NCBI RefSeq assembly: GCF_006345805.1
Contig: NC_043001.1
Location: 43,524,001-43,588,000 of the forward strand
Source of the DNA: Octopus sinensis
Lineage: Eukaryota
Direction: 5' to 3'
Length of the DNA stretch: 64,000 nucleotides
Part shown: piece by piece, positions 12,143-24,629 of the stretch
Numbering within the stretch: position 1 is the stretch's first letter
How the letters are laid out: each line of letters begins with the position of its first letter
Position numbers and translations under genes: made by a program
Notes under the pieces: generated by a model
The model's input: the letters and a program-made list of their open reading frames with translations, nothing else
Told to the model about the DNA's origin: nothing
Database searches by the model: none

Positions 12143-15081
12143 CATAGCTTCCCACAGTGGGCGATTTCAACTTACAAGTGGGCATGGGCGAATTTCTAAA
12201 AAATGGTGGGCGATTTGAGATTTTGGCGAGCAATATGAACATTTTGTGGGTGACAATGAACTTTTAGAAATTAAGTCTGCATTTACTGACATCTAGACAT
12301 GCCTAGAATAAGAATGCACTTTTATCGATTTGACTACTCGTTTTGTATTAAAAACGTGGACTTGTTTATCGATCGAATATTTTTGTCGCAATCATTGAGA
12401 TGGTTGTCATGCGTGCTAAAAATAGCAACCAAATAGGCCTAGGCCTTAAATCACATTCTACCACAAATGTTTTTTTTTTGGCATAATCGTATGAAGTCCC
12501 GCGTGTAGAATTCAAATTTGCAAAATTTCCTGAAAATCCGAAGAAAAAAGTTATGAGGGGTTATATATCGTGCGTAATTCTGTGGTTTCATATCAAAACA
12601 CAAGTGCTATTTTCAGGATATTGACAAAATGTGCAGTCACGCACAAAACGACGGCTTTGAAATCGTGTTTCTTGACTAGGCGAAAATGATCGAACTTTAA
12701 ACCTCTATAACTTTTTTAAAACATTTTTCTGGGAAAAGTTTAATAGCTCCAGCAATTTAGCTTGGAAAGGTACATTAATGTGCCAAATTTTAAAATTTTT
12801 GATAAACTTTAATTTTTGAAATGCTGGCAGACACACGAACTAGATCTGTATTTGCTCCAGTAAAGACGTATCATCTGACTCTGCTCTATTGACTTCTTCT
12901 CTTTGGGAATACCATACTATCTTTCTGACGCCATCTGTAGAAATTCGTTTTCACATTTTCACTTTGTGATTTTTTATCGTTTGGATTTATTCCCTCTCTT
13001 CAGAACTGTCAGTTATCAATGAGCCTTCTTTGCCATCAAACATTGACCAATGAAGCAATGAAACCTTCACGTTTGAAGTATCACTTTGATGCAAAGCATT
13101 CTGAGGACAAGCCGTTATCATACTTTTTGCAAATGAGCTGCTCTTTCAAAAAGCAAACACAAACATTCAACACGCTACTAGTAAACTGTAAACTGGAGAA
13201 TGATGGGTTGATCGTACAACATTATATTGCTTGTTGCTAAGTTTCACACATTTGTAGAACATTACTTCGCCCTGTTATCGAAGAGGTTTTGTCAACCGTT
13301 ATGCACGAAAAATCCGATAACATTATGAAGATCCCATTTAGTAATAACACAATTTTTCGAAGCATCGATAAAATGGCCAACGATGTCAAACGTCAGCTCA
13401 TTAATATTCTCCAGTGTTCTGAATTTTCTACCCAAGAAGATGAGTTAACTGTGGTGGACAATCAATGTTTGATGATGGTATATGTTCGGTATTTCAGCGA
13501 AGACCTTCAACCTTGTGAGGAAATGCTGTTCACAGAGAAATTGCCGTTTGATTCAAGAGGTGCAACTATTTTTCACACTCTCAAGTCTTTTCCTTTTTGA
13601 ACATAATATCACACTCAGTAATATTCTTGCATGTGCGTCTGGTGGAGCCCCTTCGATGATAGGAAGATACAGAGGTTTTTCATCTCTCCTAAAGCGTGAA
13701 ATTTCCCACCAGATACTAATTGTTCATTGCTTGGCACACCGGCAGCATTTAGTGGCAAAAGTATGAACGGTAGGTTGAATGATGCGCTACAGTTAGTTCT
13801 CAAGACTGTGAATAAATTGAAGTCCGGTCCCTTGTCTGATCGAATTTTCCGTCAACTCTGAGAAATGACGAGGACTATACTAAACTCTTATACCCTACCG
13901 AAGTGCGGTGGCTGTCAAAAGGAAACTGTGTTTTACGCTTTGTTGAACTGCTTCATATAATCATATCTTTCTTTGAAGTTACTCCACTATCCGCTTCATT
14001 GATGGCTAAGATATATTTTTTTTCTTTGTGTATATTCACAAAGTTAAATGATTTGAATAAGTCATTGCAAGAAAACAGAAAAACTCTCGTTGATTGTAAA
14101 TTATTTATCACTACCTTCATTTCGAAATTGGTATTGTATAAGACTAACATTTCAAAGTATCAGTTCCATCAATTTCCACAACTTGATTCTTAGAAAGATG
14201 GATTGGTTGATGAGGACTTAACTACATATTGCAACTATTTACAATCATTGCACGATGACATGGTGAAGCGATTTCAAGACGTTATTGTACTGAATATTCC
14301 AAATTGGTACAGCAATCCGTTTGAGGTCGATGCAATCGATTGCGAGGATGACGTTCAGGAGGAATTGATAGGATTACAAAATGACAATGACGCCACAATG
14401 CGATATCACCGTAATGGCAAAGAAGGTTTGTGGTACCATCAAAGTATATTGAATTCCTACCCCAGTCTGTGGAAACATCTGAAATTACTTTTGCTTGCCT
14501 TCCCTACCTCATACCTGGTTGAATCTGGTTTTAACCATGTTGGAACTTTACTTTCTCATCAAAGAATTGGACAGGATGTGACACAACAAGGAGACTTGCG
14601 GCTAAAGTTGGCAAGTTTGAAACAGAATGTATCTGCACTGGCTGCATTGCACCAGACACATAGTTCTCATTAAAAAGTTTTACTCTTTTCCTTTATAATA
14701 CAATCATTAATTATTTTTGCATCGGTAGTTCTGATCAATGGTTCATTTGGGGAAAGGAAAATCAGTGTAAAAGAAAGCGCAAGTTTCCAGAAGTTAATTT
14801 TTCTGAAAAAGATATAGTTAACGTTAGAATTTTATTGACATTAATGGAAAAAATAAACCCACTATAAGGGATTTGTAAACAACCGCATATTTAGTACAAA
14901 CAGCACTAAGCGGGAAACGAGTCTACGACATAGTGTGTCAAATGATACAGGGTGGGGTAGGAGATTTTGTGTTGGCGGGTGGTGGTGCCAGGGTCTTTTT
15001 TTTTACACAGGTAGGTGATGGAGCATTTTTTGGCCAATAGGTGGGTATTACAATTTGGCGCGAAAAGTTTGGGAAACACGG
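12143..15081 (+). mobile_element. hAT (Buster/Charlie group) DNA transposon, full-length but degenerate
   Basis: Degenerate TIRs catagcttcccaca / tttgggaaacacgg. 8-bp TSD gtgTAgat (12135-12142) / gtgTAggt (15082-15089) with the central TA typical of Buster elements. Confidence 0.85.
12960..14673 (+). pseudogene. hAT Buster/ZBED5-like transposase, frameshifted
   Basis: ORF pieces give CHQTLTNEAMKPSRLKYHF, FSTQEDELT, ACASGGAPSMIG, VHCLAHRQHL (CxxH), RWLSKG and FPTSYLVESGF (catalytic E region). Confidence 0.9.
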
Positions 15082-17459
15082 GTGTAGGTGAATGATTCCA
15101 CAACTATCAAATGAACAGTCTATTAAAATTTTTCTTTTTGATAGGAACCAAGTTGTCTGTATGCACTACTGTCCTAGATGTGGGGGCAGTAGTCATTTGA
15201 AAGACTCACTTGAACTTGGTGTAACACATGTTCAACCCAACCGAAAATTTGACTGAAGTGAATGAAGTAATTTCAAATCCAAACAAAATATATCTGCATG
15301 TATCTACCTAGCGATGGAAGTGGGTTAAACAGTTTCTCTCTCTCTCAATGCGAAAGCTAAATTGCTCTGTCTTGGTATAATATTCATCCAAGCAGATGTG
15401 AATGAAATCGGCTTGGACTTTAAGAATTCGAACTTGTTGTCTTTTGTGCTTTGGAACTGTCAGTTGAAAAAATAATTGATGATCAAAGTAAATCCCTTAT
15501 TAGAGACCGGTGCAAAAAGTCTCTCTGGAATATTGTTAATTAAAACAGAATCAGTTCAAAAAGGATGATGAAGAATTTATCGAATTACAATTGCGGAGTT
15601 CCTACTCTCTGATATCTATCTGATATCGCAGAGAATACTTTTTGAGATGGCCATGGACTCCATATCAAATACAGTGAATCAATGAGATATTCTTATGATG
15701 TTGTTTAGCCCCAGGCCAACTCTGAACGAGCAGACTCATAACCCTCTTGTCTTTTTAAAGTAGTACATATAAGACCATATTATGAGGAAAATTTAAATGG
15801 TATTTCTAACATGGAATTCCTCGAAAGTTTTAAGAGCAGTAACTAGCGGTACTTCGAAAAGTATTCTGACTGGTTCATCGGGAAGGAGGGCACCCAGACG
15901 CCGCCACCACTTGAGTGACCACAGTTCCTGGAAGTCCAGAAGTTTTCATCTAAGCGATCAGTTGAATATGTTTAACAAGTGTTCACTACCTTGCAAAAAC
16001 TATATCATTTAAGCAAATGACCTTCTTTAAATGTCTTAAAAACACTACAACTATCTCAGAAAATTATCTCCGTTCTCTTTGATCGTACAAAAAACAAATT
16101 TTGGTGGGACAAAATGAGTACTATAAAATAAGGTAAATTGGCGCGAAATAAGTCAAGAGACAAACTGCGCCAATGCCAACCAATCGGAGCAGTGGACACA
16201 ACAGGGTCCAAATAGCGGCCAAAAGTTAACTGTCATCTGCTACGACATTATTTCTAATATCTCTTTCAAACAGTGAGGATATCACCGAGCGACGCTACAG
16301 AGGCTTCCTCGTTGATGAGAAGTGTTACAGTAGTTTTTCGTCGAAGAAACATTACACGTCTTATCAATGTTGGTATCACTAACCAATTTGCGTTGTGAAT
16401 AGCCATAAATAACGACTTGTTGAAATATGAAGTATTTTATTTCATGTTTAGAATTCTGCTTAGTTAGGTTTGTCGAAACAGCTCTAAGGTTACAGAGGGC
16501 GTTTCATGATGCCCTCAGAGATCCCAGGAGTTCGTTCACATCCGCCTCTCGTCTTACTACCCATATCAATTAATGTTTCACCCCTCCACACACACACAGA
16601 AGCACAAATAGGCACTGTATATATAGAGCCATTTTCTGCCGATTCTATCAATCCGTTTCGTATACGTGAGTTTGGGAAAAAAAGAAACCAATCCCAGCAT
16701 TCGACACAAAGGATAATAGAAAAAGTATAGCATCGGTTCTATACTATCGGTGGTCTGGAAATATATCTGGTTTATGTGAGTTGGGAGAAGCCAGAACAGG
16801 AGAAAAAGGATATTAAAAAAAAAAAAAAAAACGGAAACGAAAAAACATGCGGTTAAAGCTCAGAAGGGTAATTTTATCAGTAATACTCCTTGGAAAGGAT
16901 CAGGCAATGCCACCACTGTATAAGGGGTAAATACCTGCACAGTGAAGTCGATGCTGGGGTAAGGGCGGAATGCGGTAGATGTGCGTGCAGAGGAAAGGAG
17001 ATGATCAATCTTAAAAACATGTATGGACATGTACGTGCATGCATGTATCTGTGTGTTTGTATGTGATAAGCTGGATGTGCTGTACCCTCAGACTTTGATG
17101 ATAATAGGTACTAACTGTGGAAGCTTTAGCGTTTATATTCACGGTGCAGTCCGCCAGTATTCAATCTGTCTTCGAGTAAAGAGATTTTCGACGCCCTGGT
17201 TCCGTACTACAAGAGGACCTGACCGCCAGCATATTTAAGGATAAGATTAGTTACACATCCGACCCTAATCCCACCGACATAAAACGCCCCTAAAAAGTTT
17301 TGTTGCTCACACCTTCTCCCGAACGTAAAAACTTGTGTAGGTAGTATCTCTGGTTTAGTCGATGAAACTTTTCTTCAAACGCATTAATGCAGATAAACAT
17401 TTAATAGACATGCCTTAAGAGCCTCTTTATCTGTACCACCTAGTATAAAGAAAATCTTG

Positions 17460-17810
17460 GCTGGCCCATACCTGAAACAAGTAGAATTCTCATGTAGATA
17501 CAATATTGCATGTCCATTTATCGGCCAATGCAACACAGAAACCGTTGTATATGACCCAGAATTGTTAAAGGATCCCAGCGAGTATATAGACGTACAGAAA
17601 TATTTGGATGCAACAGACAGCCCTTTCAGTATCAGATTTGATAATCACAAGTTCTTCAATATCTCGGAGAAGCGAAATGTCACAATCCTGGCGAGGCATA
17701 TATGATCGTTGAAAGAAAGCGCCATGGGTTATATAACATCAAGTGAAAAATAGTGAAGTACAAGCACAGAATTACGTCAATGGCAGTAGGACGTGATTTC
17801 ACTGTCTGCC
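17460..17810 (+). pseudogene. Penelope-like element GIY-YIG endonuclease relic
   Basis: CRYNIACPFIGQCNTETVVY...KYLDATDSPFSIRFDNHKF..KRNVTILARHI*SLK fits the PLE pattern C.C..CP..G.C...VIY...YIG.T...F..R..NH...T.L..IW.LK. Confidence 0.7.
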
Positions 17811-18478
17811 GTTTTTTTTTCTAAATGCTCAGTTTACATTTTCATTTTGTGCTGAGCAAAAAGTTACCTTTTTTGTCCACTTTCTTCACCCACAGTACTG
17901 TTTGTTGTTTAATCTAAAACAATAAATTAATATATTAGTTTTAGAAAATTGACCTTTCCGTCGGGAATATGAAAATTAATCAAACATTAGGTGTGTGTGT
18001 GTATGTGTGCATAGAGAAGCTTAGGAGCCATTAGATTAGGGTGTTACGATAAAGAACATTGAAATCTCTGAGATTTTTTATAAAAAATATTTATTCTTAT
18101 TGTAAACAAGAAAATGTTACCGTAAACGAGATACTTCGAAGCTTATTGTTATTGGACTAGGTTTCATAGTAGTCACTATCACGAGTTTCTTTCTTGATGT
18201 TAGATGATGATTGTGTGTTGCTGTCGTTGTCCGTTCATCGTTTTTGTGCTGCAACTGCGCTCTGGTCAGCTGCCGGTTGTACTACTGTCTGCTGTCGTAT
18301 GTGTCCTGTCTAATGTCTGCCGTCCATCGTCTTTCGGTAGTGACTAAAATGCGTTGAATATGTAGGTCGTACTCTTGCTCAGAAAAAGCGAGCCAAAGAT
18401 AAAATTGTTCTTACATTCCATTAAGAAGTCTTGAATGGTCAAATTTTTAAATGGCGTTGGTAATATTCTAGCGAATCG

Positions 18479-18682
18479 GGATCTTTTCATTTTGAAGGCC
18501 AGATTTTCCTAGTTAACTAAACAATTTGAAACTTCGTATACTGGTAGAATGTGTCAAAAGAAAACATTATTGTAAACAAAATTGAAAACAAAATTGTTAT
18601 TCGTAACTTAAACGTACCAGTATACGAAGTTTCAAATTGTTTAGTTAACTAGGAAAATCTGGCCTTCAAAATGAAAAGATCC
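18479..18682. mobile_element. MITE / perfect 68-bp inverted repeat
   Basis: 18479-18546 is the exact reverse complement of 18615-18682, with a 68-bp spacer. Confidence 0.85.
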
Positions 18683-18749
18683 GTAAATCCGATGCAATGA
18701 AAAGACCCCTAGTGCTAACTTCTCTTGGTACCTTACATCATGCTTAAAC

Positions 18750-18955
18750 TGGTTTTAAATTTTGGCACAAAGCCAGCAGGTTCGAGGTAAGCCGATGACA
18801 TTGAAAGTGCTCAACTAGTACTTAATTTATCGACCCCGAAAAGATGAAATGCTAAGTCGACCTTGGCGAAATTTGAACTCAAAACATAAAGACGAACAAA
18901 ATGCCGCTAAACAGTTTGCTTGGTGTGCTAACAGTTCTGCCAGCTCACCACCTTA
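18750..18955 (-). mobile_element. SINE family A monomer (older)
   Basis: gtacttaatttatcgaccccgaaaagatgaaa..aatttgaactc..ttctgccagctcaccacc. Confidence 0.75.
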
Positions 18956-19123
18956 CGTCAGGCTTATGTTGTTAAATGGTGAGTTCATGTCTGAACAGGG
19001 GAGTGGTATTAAAGAGAGGGTTGGATCTGTGAAGTCAAACCAACAAAAGGATCCTCTACGTCCAGTAGTTACAAAACTACTGTAATTTAGAAATGCCGAT
19101 TTTTGCCAATTTTTTTGCTGATT

Positions 19124-20474
19124 CATATTTCCCGTAGCCGAAAATGGGTGGGGTTGAGTCGAAAAAAAAATGTAAAAAGAAAGGTGGTTTTTTGGGGTGG
19201 GGGAGGATGGTTGGAAGTCTTGTCCAATTACAGCTAGTTCTGCGATTTTGTGTTTACTGTTGTTGTTGCCATTTAGCTCTGACGGAGCATACGTTTGATG
19301 AAAAATGTAGCCATTACCCTCTTTATTCAATGTATAATGTAACAGAGACCACAAAGTTCACTGCTGTTAATAAGTATCACAATTAACGAGTGTTTTCCCT
19401 TAACAACGTTAAGTTCAAATAATTCCCCATGGACAAAAATCTATTTAGCAAGCGAAAGAGAATTTTGTCCTATGTGCAAAATTAAAGGCTCTTCAGTTTT
19501 CTTTTTTTTTTTTTTATTTTACAAAAATTTCCCCCAATAGAACGACGACGATTACGAGAATAACTGTGACAGAAACTTAAAAATTCAAGACCCTCAAACA
19601 TATCACGTTTGCATCTTGAAAATAAAACCACCGTTCTGTCTTTAGATATCTGGGTCAGATGACTGGCACGATAAAGCTATCGGCGGTCTTTGAGTGGTTT
19701 TATGTGTATCCGTTCTTTTCAAGGAGCAAGAATAGGCGCGGGAATATAGAAAAATAATTGTTCGATGTAATTCAAGATGTAACTGTTGTCTCTAAGTTTC
19801 TATGAAACAACATCAACAGCAGCAGCAACAACAACAACAACAATAGTAACAACATCGTATTCGTTATAGGTCTGTGTCGTTTGTGAGCAGATATGCGATT
19901 GTTTGATGTGTAAGAACACATTTACTTATTGACTGTATGATTGTATGTAACTACAAATATGGCAGTATACATTTTCTGGGTACTACTAGCGAACAGTGGT
20001 CCCGGTTCGCGCACACGAACAGTCGCGCATCCGCGCTAGCTAGTCGTAAGTAGTCGATCCTACAACGACTACCTAGCAAAGTAAATAAAGCACAAAAGAA
20101 ATAATTTTTTACACAAATTAAATAATTTTTGTTAAACAAAGTAAATAAAACACAAAAACACAAAGTAAATAATTTTTTAAACAAAGTAAATAACACAAAA
20201 ACACAAAGTAAGGATCGACTAGTCTTGACTAGCTGGCGCGGATGCGCGAGTACGCGCATATTTCCCGTAGCCGAAAATGGGTGGGGTTGAGTCGAAAAAA
20301 AATGTAAAAAGAAAGGTGGTTTTTTTGGGTGGGGGAGGATGGTTGGATGTCTTGTCCAATTACAGCTAGTTCTGCGATTTTGTGTTTATTGTTGTTGTTG
20401 CCATTTAGCTCTGACGGAGCATACGTTTGATGAAAAATGTAGCCATTAACCTCTTTATGTATATTCAATGTATA
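19124..20474. repeat. ~210-bp direct repeat pair
   Basis: 19124-19336 and 20257-20474 are near-identical (catatttcccgtagccgaaaatggg...attcaatgtata). Confidence 0.85.
20023..20249. mobile_element. Small CpG-rich TIR element
   Basis: 39-bp imperfect inverted repeats at 20023-20061 and 20211-20249 around A-rich caaagtaaataa repeats. Confidence 0.65.
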
Positions 20475-20740
20475 GCGAACATTGATAAAGTTGTGATTGG
20501 CAACGAAAGTATTTTAACAAACTTAGCAGACTGATTGACTGACCAAACAATTAATCAAACAGTTGATTAGTTAATTGGTTAAATGGTTGACCAATAATGA
20601 AAATAAAAAAGTGAAATTGAATCAATGTGTATTTATTATTGACATAATGACCCACCCAAATATACATAACTGTATATATGTACATATAACGGAAGGGTTT
20701 TTTCGTATTAATCGTTTGGACTGTGAACACATACCAATTA

Positions 20741-21109
20741 TCTATATATATATAAAGCTGAAGTTGTCTGTGTACGGCAGGTTTGGTAGCCTTCAACTAA
20801 CACTATCTCCTCGAGACCCTGTGGCACAAGTTGACCAAAATTGAGAGTATGATAGAAGAAGGCTTGCTCTTCCTTCCGTAGAAGAAAAAATTCAAATCGG
20901 ACCATGTTAACACCAAAAATTATTTACATCAAAAAGGTGCTTTTTTTCTATGAAAATCCCTATTTTTTTACGATTTTTTGACTGTCGCCATTTTTCGGTG
21001 TATTTCAACCAGAAAAATGTTCACTTAAAGAGAATAACAAGCTACATAATGCAACATTTTTACTTTTCAAAAATTCCAATTCTAAAGCAATGCCGGGTGA
21101 TACTGCTAG
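20741..21109 (+). mobile_element. Non-autonomous Helitron
   Basis: A|TC 5' end; 3' end gcaatgccgggtgatactgCTAG|T; inserted between A and T without TSD. Confidence 0.75.
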
Positions 21110-21127
21110 TATATATATATATATATA

Positions 21128-21540
21128 TACAAAATTAGAAAATGGAGAAACATACTTAATTCAATCAAACATCAACCATCAGATAATACCCAATCAATAC
21201 TATATTACACCATTACATAACAGCAAAGACATTATACAAAATATATTGTAAATATAATTAGACAAGGAAATAGAAATATAAAATACAATTAGTATTGATT
21301 GGCTATTATCTGATGGCTGATGTTTGATTGATTTAAGTATGTTTCTCCATTTTCTAATTTTGTATTATTAATTTACGGTAATATTTTTACCCTTGCCCAC
21401 ATAATACAGTAGATGAATTAATTGCATGGCAATTTTTAACATTTATGTATTAGTCTTGTTGGGTACTTCTCTAGCAGTATATTGGATATATGTTATCCCA
21501 TGGTGGGTTGAATTTTCAACCCCTATCTCATTTTATAACC
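21128..21540. mobile_element. (TA)n-embedded fold-back element related to 23212-23660
   Basis: ~75-bp inverted arms at 21128-21203 and 21290-21365. Its ends match both ends of the 23212-23660 element. Confidence 0.65.
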
Positions 21541-22595
21541 GATATATATATATATATATATATCAGAGGCGATGCCAGGTCATCAGTGTCACTCAGGCTT
21601 ATCACAGATTTTGTCACTTGGGTTCATCACAGATTTCACACATAAGACATATGCCTACTTGAAAATTTCACATTTTCCCACAATATTTCTGGCCCCAAAT
21701 GGCCTATTTTTCATATCAAGCACTACGTCTTTCTCCATTTCTAAGTTAAGAGTAAAAATAAAGCAAACCTGCAAAACACAACTGATCTTTATGCACAGAT
21801 GCACAAAATAACACCAATCAAATAACAACAGCAGAGTGCACAACAAACATCAGCGATCTGACTGTTATCTGTACTCTTGATAAGAGATGCCAGTTAGTCT
21901 TTTACAGCTACCAGGCTCATTCATATTAGCCTGAGTTCCTGGATAATTTTTCGTTCCTTAAGAATATTGTAGAATGGAATCTTTTTATCGATTGAAATTC
22001 AAATCCTAATCTCTATAGGAATTTATTGTTTCAAGAAAACATTGAATTTGAATTACTTTTAATTTTTATGATTATAGATAACAACTAACAACTTAGGCTG
22101 TGACTTCTGAGCCTGAGTCATGTATGTGTGAATGATGTTGAGAGAACGTTTGTTGTGAATAATATTTTTTGACACAGGGCACCTCTAAGACATTGAGCGA
22201 AAATAAATGAACTGCGACCAGGCTCAATAAAAGCAGCCCGAGTTATTGGCTGCAATTACATACTTGATATTAGTGTTGGCAGAAATTAAATCAGCTTGCA
22301 ATGACACATTCATTTTACTAAATTTATACTCAGACTAAGCCCAAACAGCCCGGGTACTGGAGTCACCACTGAGATGTGTGTGTGTGTGTGTGCGTTTATG
22401 TGTGCATGCATAAAATAGTTACTAATCCAGACAAATAGTTGTATAAAGGAAATAAAATAAGTTGAAAAAGCACAGAGAATGTTTAAGAAGATTTATTTAT
22501 ATTAATATTAATATGTTTAACTGGTTTCATATTTGTATGATTTTCAAATGAAAAAGATTTGAGAGACATGGAGCTGTGTCATTAAAAAGGTATCA

Positions 22596-22707
<112 letters not shown>

Positions 22708-23166
22708 ATGTGTGTGTTTTATGTATGTATGTACGTATGTATGATTTTAAACTGCCGCCAGTAAGGACCTGCTATCCGATTTGACAGTACCTTGGTAGAT
22801 TCTGCAGAGTGTGGAACCACCTCTTAGCCACTACAGTTCTCAGGTATATCTTGCTCCAGAGTATTCGCCTCTGTTAGGATCCCAGCTATGGGTTAACTAG
22901 TATGTGAATCACTGGGAGTCAAGGGCCTTTAGTTCTCATCCTAGGAGAAGGTAAACTTGTGTCAAAAAGTGAAGTGTCTCGACTTATGTTGTGCCACTGG
23001 TGTTATAACAGATTGCACTGAAAAGAGGATACAGTGCTGTGCATCACTATCCATTCAAAACAAATTCATGTACAGAGTAGCCTCTTGAACTCTCAGAACA
23101 TTTGCATGGACTTACTGAGTTTAGGAAGTGGTTGCACTTGGTCACAAGTTGACTTCTACCATGCAA

Positions 23167-23211
<45 letters not shown>

Positions 23212-23215
<4 letters not shown>

Positions 23216-23656
23216 AATTGAGATAGGGGTTGCAAATTCAACCCTCCATGTGATGGGTATGTACCCACACTTATATGAGTATATATGTAATTTGGTTTAT
23301 ACTTTAGAATCTCCGAAGAGGCCTTAAGATATCTTTGTGAATGTCTCAATTTTAACTTCATATTGGCATACTATACATGGCTAATATAGGTAAAATGAGG
23401 CATACTTATCTGCATGGCCGAAACAGCTGTAAGATATAGTGTATATTTATATTTATATCTATTTATATTTATTAATTTATACCCTCTTATAATGATTGTA
23501 CTTTTTGTATTGTATTACTCATTCATGTACGCTGTTTTGTTATATATTTTTATGTTTAACCCTAATGTTCTTATGTAGTGGTTTAATAAAGTATATGATT
23601 GGGTATTATCTGGTAGTTGATAAATGATTTAGTTGTATTTCTCCATTTTCTTATCT

Positions 23657-23660
<4 letters not shown>
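23212..23660 (+). mobile_element. (TA)n-embedded element with expanded hammerhead (23298-23443)
   Basis: atct-CCGAAGA-ggcc-[92 nt]-ggcc-GAAA-cagctg-TA-agat. TA arrays on both sides. Confidence 0.65.
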
Positions 23661-23694
<34 letters not shown>

Positions 23695-23723
23695 GCAGGT
23701 TGAAAAGGAACATATGAGTTGAT

Positions 23724-24120
23724 ATATATGGAAAAATCATCAAGAAAGAAAATGCTAAAATAATTTTATAAAAAACATTTCAGTACCGGTTTCAGTCATT
23801 GAGACTTTTTCAAATTTGAGTATGGAAAACAATTAAATTTTGGAAAAATTAAAAGAAAAGTATTTTTAAAAGAATATTTGCATAGGGTTCAAATACAAGT
23901 GGTATTTTCCTTGTTTCTGCCTGTCTCTGTCTCTCTTGTTTACTCTTGTATTTGAACACTATGCAAATATTCTTTTAAAAAAACTTTTCTTTTAATTTTT
24001 CCAAAATTTAATTGTTTTCCATACTTACAGTTGAAAAAGTCTCAATGACTCAAACCGGTACTGAAATGTTTTTTATAAAATTATTTTAGCATTTTCTATC
24101 TTGACTTTTTTTCCACATAT
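23724..24120. mobile_element. Long inverted repeat (~180-bp arms) carrying mirror-image hammerhead motifs
   Basis: Arms at 23724-23904 and 23941-24120. Each holds TTGAAAA-agtc(tcaat)gact-(G/C)AAA-ccgg-TA-ctg. Confidence 0.75.
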
Positions 24121-24123
24121 ATA

Positions 24124-24171
<48 letters not shown>

Positions 24172-24629
24172 TATATACAGAGGTACACATATCTATATGA
24201 CAGATATGTGCATGTTATATATGCATATATCTATCTTAAATATGTGCATATTATTATATATACACATAAGGCTGGCAGAATCTTTAGTGCATGTTGGACG
24301 AAATGCTTAATGGCATTTTTTCTGTCTTTCTTATGAGTTTTAATTCCACTGAGGTGCTTTGCCATTCATTCTTTTGAGGTTGATGAGGTAAGTATCAGTT
24401 AAGCACTGGTGTCAATATAATCAACTTACATCCTTCCGTTCAAAACTTCTGGCCTTGTACCTTAATAGAAAGGATTATTATATATGCATATATCTACTAT
24501 GTACATTTTAGCAAGGAAGTTCTGGCACGTTTTATCTGCTTGTAACCTACAAGCAGATACATGAGGTGATAGGAAAAAATATGTCCACATGAATCATGGT
24601 TCACTTGCATTAAACAAGGCTGCAAAGGG

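Noticed and set aside
22505-22550. Minus-strand TTGAAAA...GAAAccagTT possible third U3-A8 motif
   Set aside because: AT-rich with stems out of register; could be chance.
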